A DNA stretch of 27,143 nt. It comes from Candidatus Firestoneibacteriota bacterium. GTDB taxonomy: Bacteria; Oederibacteriota; D2-FULL-39-29; JBBTED01. Below, piece after piece: positions 20,527 through 27,143 of the stretch; the first letter of the stretch is position 1; each line of letters starts with the position of its first letter. The stretch lies in the NCBI GenBank assembly GCA_038042445.1, contig JBBTED010000139.1:1-27143 (forward strand), given 5' to 3'. The notes under the pieces were generated by a model. That model had not been told where the DNA came from and did no database searches. It saw only the letters and a program-made list of their open reading frames with translations. A program made the translations under genes and the position numbers.

Positions 20527-21566
20527 AATTTCTATTAAATTTAGCCAGTGTTGTTTATTATTTTGTATTGCTTATAAGAAAATATATATATAAATATTTT
20601 ATAAAAACCAAAAAATTGCCTTGTGTGGTTGTAAGTATTGGTAATATAACATTAGGCGGAAATGGCAAAACTCCAGGTGTTGAATTTTTGGTAAATAAGC
20701 TTACGTCTGATGGCAAAAAAGTTGTTGTTTTAAGCAGAGGTTATAAGCGTAAATCCAAAGATAAAATTTTAGTAGTTTCAGATTATGAAAAAATATATCA
20801 AGATGCAAATTCAGCAGGAGATGAACCTTATATGTTGGCAGTTAAATTTCCGGGAGTGCCTGTAATTGTTGGCAAAGACAGATATTTATCTGGGGTGTTT
20901 GCCTGTGAAAAATTTTCTCCAGATGTAATAATTTTAGACGATGGTTTTCAAAGAAGATTTGAACTCTATAGGGATTTTGACATTTTGATGATAAATTCAA
21001 GGAATCCTTATGGCAACTTTAAAATTTTTCCAGCAGGAATATTGCGTGAATCTTTAAATTGTCTTTCTGAAGCTGATGTGTTGATGCTAACAAGAGTTGA
21101 TCAAGTTCAAAATTTTGATAAGTTATATGAAGTTTTAAATAAAGTTGCACCTCAATTGCCAGTTGTTGAAACTATTTACGAACCAATTTCTATAATTAAG
21201 TTAGCTGACAATTCTTCTATTGGCAAAAGTGAAGAATATAGCTATGAAATACTCAGAGGTAAAAAAGGTTTTTCTTTTTCAGCAATAGCAGATAATGGTT
21301 CATTTTTAAATACTTTGAAATCACTTAAACTTGAGATTGTTAAACATACAGAGTTTTTGGACCATTATAAATATACTATTGCTGATTTGAAAAATATTGT
21401 GAATGATGCAAAAAGTATAAATGCTAATTACATAATTACAACTGAAAAGGATGCTGTTCGGTTGCCTTCTAACTTCAGTTTTTTAATTCCTGTTTATGTA
21501 ATGAAAATAGCATTAAAAATAACTAAGAATGAAGAAAAACTATGGCAAAAATTTCCCATTATATAG
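20523..21566 (+). CDS. lpxK: Tetraacyldisaccharide 4'-kinase
   Basis: SIGNITLGGNGKTP, LSRGY, GDEP, LDDGFQ, PAGILRE and TTEKDAVR. Confidence 0.96.
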   Translation: MKFLLNLASVVYYFVLLIRKYIYKYFIKTKKLPCVVVSIGNITLGGNGKTPGVEFLVNKLTSDGKKVVVLSRGYKRKSKDKILVVSDYEKIYQDANSAGDEPYMLAVKFPGVPVIVGKDRYLSGVFACEKFSPDVIILDDGFQRRFELYRDFDILMINSRNPYGNFKIFPAGILRESLNCLSEADVLMLTRVDQVQNFDKLYEVLNKVAPQLPVVETIYEPISIIKLADNSSIGKSEEYSYEILRGKKGFSFSAIADNGSFLNTLKSLKLEIVKHTEFLDHYKYTIADLKNIVNDAKSINANYIITTEKDAVRLPSNFSFLIPVYVMKIALKITKNEEKLWQKFPII

Positions 21567-22426
21567 AGTATGTATTTGTTTTGAATTTAAGGTTTTTAAT
21601 ATTGTGTTTGCCATATAAATTTGCATTATTTTTGGGTGGCATATTAGGCAAATTTGCATATTTTGTTGATAAAAAACATCGCAATATTGCTGCAACTAAT
21701 TTGGAGAAAGCATTTAAGGGTGAAAAAACTAAAGAAGAGTTGATAAAAATAAATAAGGCATTATTTAGCCATTTATGTAAATGCTTAATTGAATTTATAA
21801 TGCTTCCGCGTATTAAAGGAAAAATAAAAAATATAGTAAAAATTGAAGGACTTGAGAATTTACATGCTGCATTTAAAAGAGAAAAAGGCGCAATTATGTT
21901 AGTTCCCCATTTTGGCAATTGGGAAATAGCTGGTGCAGTTTATTGTATGTTGCTACCTTCAAGGTCAAATGCAATAGCATTTCCTCAGAGCAATAAATTA
22001 ACTGATAGACTTATAAATAAAAGTAGGGAATCTATTGGTATTAAAATGATTTACACAGGTAATGCAATAAAAACAGCATTGCAATGTTTGCGTAGAAATG
22101 AAGCTGTAGGGTTTTTGGCTGATCAAGATGCAAGAGGTGATGGGGTGTTTATAAATTTTTTTGGGAGACCTGCTTCAACGAATAAAGGTCCTGTTGTGTT
22201 TGCGTTAAAAACAGGAGCACCTATTTTGATGACATTTATGATACGGCAAAAGGATGATACACATCTTTTTGTTATTGAACCTGAGGTTGTTATGGAAAAA
22301 ACAGGAGATTATAATAAAGATATTTTAGTTAATACACAGAAATGGAATGATATACTGGAAACATACGTTAGAAAATACCCGGAACAATGGTTTTGGGTTC
22401 ATCGCAGATGGAAAACTCAGCCATAA
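21542..22426 (+). CDS. lpxL: Lipid A biosynthesis acyltransferase (LpxL/HtrB family)
   Basis: HFGNWE catalytic motif, LADQD, FFGRPA and PEQWFWVHRRWKT; context with waaA and lpxK. Confidence 0.88.
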   Translation: MAKISHYIEYVFVLNLRFLILCLPYKFALFLGGILGKFAYFVDKKHRNIAATNLEKAFKGEKTKEELIKINKALFSHLCKCLIEFIMLPRIKGKIKNIVKIEGLENLHAAFKREKGAIMLVPHFGNWEIAGAVYCMLLPSRSNAIAFPQSNKLTDRLINKSRESIGIKMIYTGNAIKTALQCLRRNEAVGFLADQDARGDGVFINFFGRPASTNKGPVVFALKTGAPILMTFMIRQKDDTHLFVIEPEVVMEKTGDYNKDILVNTQKWNDILETYVRKYPEQWFWVHRRWKTQP

Positions 22427-23193
22427 ATGAAATAAGTATAGAGAAAGTAAAGGGTTCTATTCGCGAACAATGTATTGATAGCATTGCGAAAGAAAACCCT
22501 ATTACAATATTTTTAAATGATATTGAAGTTGTGACTTTATTGTGTTCGCCAATTCAAATTAAAGAGTTAGCAATAGGTTATTTGTTTTCAGAAGGTCTTC
22601 TAACAGATAAGTCCGATATTTTAAAAATAACATTAGATGAGGCAAAAGGAATTGTTTGGGTTACTTCTAAATTTACTGATTCTTGCATAGTTGACATGTC
22701 AAAAAAACGTCTTTTAACTACTGGGTGTGGAAGAGGTTTTTCATTTTATAATCCACTTGATGCTTTACAGCTGGAGAAAGTAACTTCAGAAAGTAATATT
22801 CTTTTTAAAGATGTAATATCTTTAATGAAAGAATTTCATAGTAAACCATATATTTACAAAACTACAGGTGCAACTCATTGTGCAGGGTTATGTATGAATA
22901 CGTCATTTTTAGTATTTGCAGAAGATATTGGCAGGCATAATGCAGTAGATAAAATCATAGGTTATTCTATTATAAATAATATTCTTATGGAACATAAAAT
23001 TTTAACTACAACAGGTAGAATAAGTTCAGACATAATTTTAAAAGCTGGTAGGTGTAAGATACCAATTGTGATTTCGCGCTCTGCGCCTACAAGTTTTGCA
23101 ATTATGCTTGCTGAGAAATTAAATATAACTTTGGTTGGCTTTGCAAGAGGTGAACGTTTTAATATTTACAGTAATTCTTTTAGGATTTTATGA
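22408..23193 (+). CDS. fdhD: Formate dehydrogenase accessory sulfurtransferase FdhD
   Basis: ELAIGYLFSEG, TTGCGRG, TGATH, EDIGRHNAVDK, TGRISSD, SRSAPT and LVGFARG. Likely start is MENS at 22408. Confidence 0.94.
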   Translation: MENSAINEISIEKVKGSIREQCIDSIAKENPITIFLNDIEVVTLLCSPIQIKELAIGYLFSEGLLTDKSDILKITLDEAKGIVWVTSKFTDSCIVDMSKKRLLTTGCGRGFSFYNPLDALQLEKVTSESNILFKDVISLMKEFHSKPYIYKTTGATHCAGLCMNTSFLVFAEDIGRHNAVDKIIGYSIINNILMEHKILTTTGRISSDIILKAGRCKIPIVISRSAPTSFAIMLAEKLNITLVGFARGERFNIYSNSFRIL

Positions 23194-24752
23194 AAATTAT
23201 ACTTGCTATTTTGAGTGGTTTTTTATTAATCTTAAGTTTTCCAAATTTTCTTAGTCCTAATTTTTCACCTATATCAGGTGTGATTGCATGGGTATCATTG
23301 ATACCACTTTTATTTGCTATTAAAGATTCCAAATTAAAAGAATCGTATGTTTTGGGATTTATTTCTGGAATGGTTTGTTTTTTGGGAGGTTTATACTGGA
23401 TTACAAATATAAAAGAATTAGGAAGTTTAAGTTTCCTATGTCTTGGATTTCTTTCATTATATTTAGCATCTTATATAGGGATTTTTGCAGTATGCGTAAA
23501 TTTTTCAAAGACATTATTTATTGCTCCATTTATATGGGTTAGTTTAGAATTTATTCGTAGCCATTTTTTGACTGGATTTCCATGGTTTGAATTAGGGTAT
23601 TCACAGTATTTAAATCTACCTATTTTACAAACTGCTTCAATATCATCAGTTTATGGTATTTCTTTCATAATATGTTTTGTAAATGTATGCGAGGTATCAT
23701 TGCTTAACTTCTTGTTTTTCAAGCATAAAAGTGATTCAAGATATAATACAATTTTGTTTTCTATTGGAAGTATATTGATAATATTCCTTTGTTTATATGG
23801 ATATTCCAATTATAATCTGACACAAAGAGAATTTTTGAAAAGTTCAGAGCAAAAGCGAGTAAATATTACACTTTTACAGGGGAATATAGACCAGAGTGTT
23901 AAGTGGGAAGTATCTAATTTAAAAGATAGTTTTGATATCTACAAAGATCTTGCAAAAATCTCTTCAATACACAGTACATCTGGTAATTTAGTTGTCTGGC
24001 CTGAAACTGCATTGCCGATTTATCTCAAATATGAGCCGGAATATTTGTCTAAGGTGATTAATTTAACTAATAATACAAAGAATTATATGTTAATTGGGGC
24101 TTTGGATGCAAAAATAGAAAATCAAGAATCAAATATCAAAAATCAAAAATTAAATGATGAAAAAAGAAATGAATATTTTAATACTGCATTTTTGTTCGCT
24201 CCTGATAAAGGAATAATTGATAAGTATTATAAGATTCATTTAGTTCCATTTGGTGAATATGTGCCTTTGGTTAAATTCGTAACTTTTTTGGAAAAATACA
24301 CATCCGGGTTTTCTAATTATTCATCAGGTAAGGAAATTACCACTTTAAATTTTGAGCCGAGATTTTCTGTTCTTATATGTTATGAGATAATATTTTCTGA
24401 ACTTGTTCGCAAATTTGTAAATTCAGGCGCAAAATTCATTGTAAATATAACGAATGATGCGTGGTATGGCAAGAGTGCTATGCCTTATCAACACGTGTCA
24501 ATAGTTCCATTTCGCGCAGTTGAAAATAGAGTTTGGATTGCGCGTTCTGCAAATACTGGAATTTCCTGCTTTGTAAATCCTCTTGGTGAATTTAGTAAAA
24601 AGACAGACATATTTGTTAAAGGTAGTATTACTGAAAATATAAATATATTTGATTGTCCAACTTTTTATAAAAGATATGGTGACATTTTCGCTTTTTTTTG
24701 TATTTTTGTTGTTTTGATTGTTTTGGTAATTTGCTTAATAAAAGAAACATAA
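23190..24752 (+). CDS. lnt: Apolipoprotein N-acyltransferase
   Basis: TMs, TGFPW, QGNIDQ, catalytic triad WPET / KIHLVPFGEY / ICYE, TNDAWYG, RAVEN and RSANTGIS. Confidence 0.96.
   Translation: MKIILAILSGFLLILSFPNFLSPNFSPISGVIAWVSLIPLLFAIKDSKLKESYVLGFISGMVCFLGGLYWITNIKELGSLSFLCLGFLSLYLASYIGIFAVCVNFSKTLFIAPFIWVSLEFIRSHFLTGFPWFELGYSQYLNLPILQTASISSVYGISFIICFVNVCEVSLLNFLFFKHKSDSRYNTILFSIGSILIIFLCLYGYSNYNLTQREFLKSSEQKRVNITLLQGNIDQSVKWEVSNLKDSFDIYKDLAKISSIHSTSGNLVVWPETALPIYLKYEPEYLSKVINLTNNTKNYMLIGALDAKIENQESNIKNQKLNDEKRNEYFNTAFLFAPDKGIIDKYYKIHLVPFGEYVPLVKFVTFLEKYTSGFSNYSSGKEITTLNFEPRFSVLICYEIIFSELVRKFVNSGAKFIVNITNDAWYGKSAMPYQHVSIVPFRAVENRVWIARSANTGISCFVNPLGEFSKKTDIFVKGSITENINIFDCPTFYKRYGDIFAFFCIFVVLIVLVICLIKET
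24111..24152 (+). repeat. Six-unit heptamer tandem repeat in-frame within lnt
   Basis: AAAATAG AAAATCA AGAATCA AATATCA AAAATCA AAAATTA (42 bp); encodes KIENQESNIKNQKL. Confidence 0.8.
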
Positions 24753-24753
24753 G

Positions 24754-24811
24754 TGTAGCGGCAGAGCGAAGCTCTGCGAGAAAAGAACAAAGCTATTGCT
24801 TTGTAGCTACA
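24754..24811. repeat. GTAG-family REP doublet (second family) between lnt and cbiA
   Basis: TGTAGCG-GCAGAGC gaa GCTCTGC-gagaaaaga-ACAAAGC tatt GCTTTGT-AGCTACA; two hairpins bounded by GTAG...CTAC. Confidence 0.75.
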
Positions 24812-24837
24812 GAAACAATAAAAAGGGAGATTTTTGG

Positions 24838-26229
24838 GTGAAAAGAATTGTAATTGCAGGGACACATAGTGGAGTTGGCAAAACTACAGTTTCAGTAGGG
24901 CTGATGATGTTATTAAAAAAAATGGGTTTTATAGTTCAGCCATTTAAGGTGGGACCGGATTATATTGATACAAGTTATCACTCATTTATTTGTGGCAGAA
25001 ATAGCAGGAATTTAGACGGGTTTCTATTGTCTAAAAATACTATTTTAGAAATTTTTGATAATGCCAATATTGGTGCACAAATTTCTATAATAGAAGGTGT
25101 GATGGGTTTATATGATGGATATAATGGAATTTCTGATGCAGGTTCTACATCTGAGATAGCGAAAACACTTAAATCTCCTGTTATTTTAGTAATAGATGGA
25201 AGTAATTTTTCAAGGTCTGCAGGTGCTTTAGCGCTTGGTTATAAAAATTTTGATAAACAAGTTAATTTGCGAGGTGTAATTTTTACAAAAGTCAGTGGTA
25301 AAAAACATTTTGAAATGTTGAAAAGTTCAGTTAAAAATATGGGTTTGCCTGTGTTGGGATGTTTTTATATGGATGTATCTTTAAATATTTCAGAAAGACA
25401 TTTGGGGTTAATACCAATGAAGGAAAAGGTTGATTTTGATAAAGATTTTTATAAAAATATGTCAAAACAATTTAATAATTTGAATATTAAACATATTCTG
25501 AAAATATCAGACAGTGCTGGTGAAATACCAAAATATCATAAAAAAATAAAAACTGGATACCGCATCAAGTGCGGTATGACAGATAAAAAAAACAAAATAG
25601 CTGTTGCTTATGATGAAGCATTTAATTTTTATTACGAAGATAATTTTGAAATATTGAAATCTTATGGAGCAGAGTTAGTATTTTTTAGTCCATTAAAAGA
25701 TAAAAAACTGCCTAATGATATTTCAGGTTTGTTTTTGGGTGGAGGATTTCCTGAAATTTTTGCTAAACAACTTTCTTTAAATGCTTCAATGCGAAAAGAT
25801 ATAAAAGAAAAAGTTGAAGGAGGTTTGCCAACTTATGCTGAATGTGGAGGGCTTATGTGTTTGGCAGAAACTTTGACTGATTTGAAAGGTAAAGAATATA
25901 AGATGATAGGATGTATACCAGGTAAAATTATAATGACAAATAGATTGGTAAACTTTGGCTATAAAACTATGGAAGTTTTAAAGGATAATATACTTGCAAA
26001 AAAAGGAGAAATAATAAAAGGTCATGAATTTCATTATTCTGTTTGCAAAACAAATAAAACAAAAGATTTTGCTTATAAAATATTAAAGCATAGCACTAAA
26101 ACGACAATAAAAGAAGGGTTTGTTAAAAAAAATATTTTAGCTTCATATATACATTTGCATTTTGGAACGAACCCTAACTTAGCCAAATCTTTTGTTGAGT
26201 CTTGCAGAAAATATTCTCAAAATGAGTAA
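24838..26229 (+). CDS. cbiA: Cobyrinate a,c-diamide synthase (CbiA/CobB)
   Basis: GTHSGVGKTT, FKVGPDYID, EGVMGLYDG, ERHLGL, DEAFNFYY, AECGG, GHEFHYS and YIHLH. GTG start at 24838 after a GGGAG SD. Confidence 0.94.
   Translation: MKRIVIAGTHSGVGKTTVSVGLMMLLKKMGFIVQPFKVGPDYIDTSYHSFICGRNSRNLDGFLLSKNTILEIFDNANIGAQISIIEGVMGLYDGYNGISDAGSTSEIAKTLKSPVILVIDGSNFSRSAGALALGYKNFDKQVNLRGVIFTKVSGKKHFEMLKSSVKNMGLPVLGCFYMDVSLNISERHLGLIPMKEKVDFDKDFYKNMSKQFNNLNIKHILKISDSAGEIPKYHKKIKTGYRIKCGMTDKKNKIAVAYDEAFNFYYEDNFEILKSYGAELVFFSPLKDKKLPNDISGLFLGGGFPEIFAKQLSLNASMRKDIKEKVEGGLPTYAECGGLMCLAETLTDLKGKEYKMIGCIPGKIIMTNRLVNFGYKTMEVLKDNILAKKGEIIKGHEFHYSVCKTNKTKDFAYKILKHSTKTTIKEGFVKKNILASYIHLHFGTNPNLAKSFVESCRKYSQNE
25554..25581. 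repeat. RPE-like palindromic half-element inside cbiA
   Basis: TGG-ATACCGCA tcaag TGCGGTAT-GACA; perfect 8-bp stem; encodes GYRIKCGMT in the inter-domain linker. Confidence 0.65.
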
Positions 26230-26755
26230 AAGCATACAAAAATATTTTACATTGCAATATTATTTTAAAAAACCCTTTGATGAAATGCGAATACTGGGAG
26301 GATGTATTGGTGCTATAGACAAAGGGAAAAAAGTTCCATATCATAAACACAGTTTCTATGAAGTTCATTATATTAGTGAAGGCAAACTTTTTCTTGAGGT
26401 AAATAATAATCAATACATACTCGGGGAAGGTATGTTATATTTAATTCCTCCAGAGATATTGCATTTTCAAAAAGCTTTATCAAAAGTTAAATACTGTTAT
26501 TTATCATATAATATTTCTTCTGTTAATTTTAGAAATTTACCTTTTAAAAAAAGAGAACTTTTTGTCGCCATTGCGCCTCAGGAATCAAAAATTTTAAAAA
26601 TTGAGAAAGGTATTTCTAATTTATTTCAAGAGATTATAAATGTGACGGATAAAAGAATTGCACTTAATAAAACAATGAAAATTTTTAGTTACATTAAAAA
26701 TTCAATAGATTTATCAATGCCTATAGATAGTGGAGTTTCCCCAAAATTTCGTTAG
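26222..26755 (+). CDS. AraC-type cupin ligand-binding domain protein lacking the C-terminal HTH (probably truncated)
   Basis: YHKHSFYEVHYISEG...LYLIPPEILHFQ cupin motifs. Only about 177 aa, ending where the AraC HTH should start. Confidence 0.65.
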   Translation: MSKSIQKYFTLQYYFKKPFDEMRILGGCIGAIDKGKKVPYHKHSFYEVHYISEGKLFLEVNNNQYILGEGMLYLIPPEILHFQKALSKVKYCYLSYNISSVNFRNLPFKKRELFVAIAPQESKILKIEKGISNLFQEIINVTDKRIALNKTMKIFSYIKNSIDLSMPIDSGVSPKFR

Positions 26756-26786
26756 GAAATGGTATAAGTTCTTTAAAATCAAGTAA

Positions 26787-27134
26787 AAAGAAGGAATAAG
26801 AAGTGGAAAAGGGATTCCAGATGGAAAATTTGCAGATGTAGTTTTTGAATGTTCAGGAAATCCTGCAATAGTTGGTGAACTTTATAAATTCCTAAGAGAT
26901 GGCGGTTGGGGAAAAAGTGATGAAGGCGGACGAATACATTTGCAAGGAGATTATCCTGCTCCAATAATTATATATCCATATTTCAGATGGTTTGTAAAAA
27001 ACTTAACACTTTCAATGACTTGTGCAGTAAAGCCTGGTGATAAAGAAGCAGTTCTTGAATTAATTGGCAAAGGTAAATTTGATGCAAACAGGAGTTTGTT
27101 AAAATTCATGCAGCTAATGTCAAACAAGGTTTGA
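26787..27134 (+). pseudogene. C-terminal fragment of a medium-chain (zinc-binding type) dehydrogenase
   Basis: The frame open after the TAA at 26784 reads KEGIRSGKGIPDGKFADVVFECSGNPAIVGELYKFLRDGG...GRIHLQGDYP...KNLTL...AVLELIGKGKFDA. It has no start codon/RBS and no N-terminal GroES-like domain. Confidence 0.65.
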
Positions 27135-27143
27135 GTCCAAGAT

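Noticed and set aside
24796..24837. N-terminal extension of cbiA from TTG 24796
   Set aside because: It starts inside the REP doublet; GTG 24838 has an SD and matches the usual CbiA N-terminus.

Overview
AT-rich bacterial chromosomal window from a diderm, LPS-producing and probably uncultured lineage (lineage is inference). Contents in order: a 5'-partial, apparently 3'-truncated GH42-like glycosidase; a moxR-DUF58-BatA/vWA-vWA/GATase-like operon; a DUF2723 (TMEM260-like)+TPR membrane protein; a convergent DUF1638 gene; a Cys-type sulfatase; gyrB with no adjacent gyrA; a three-gene regulator islet (XRE-HTH <- wHTH-like <- | -> XRE-HTH); hemW; a second DUF2723+TPR paralogue; waaA-lpxK-lpxL-fdhD-lnt-cbiA; and fragments of an AraC-type cupin and an MDR dehydrogenase. 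No rRNA, tRNA, CRISPR array or transposase was seen. The most notable non-gene signals are four. (1) The two divergent XRE paralogues share a 102-bp inverted block (100/102 identical, 74 bp perfect) amid diverged flanks, suggesting gene conversion or an invertible segment. (2) Several families of GC-rich REP/RPE-like palindromes occur, some in-frame inside hemW, cbiA and a DUF2723 gene, and one REP doublet is nested inside a 17-bp TIR MITE-like element. (3) A-rich heptamer arrays of six units (42 bp) lie in-frame in both gyrB and lnt. (4) Three promoters abut start codons and suggest leaderless mRNAs.
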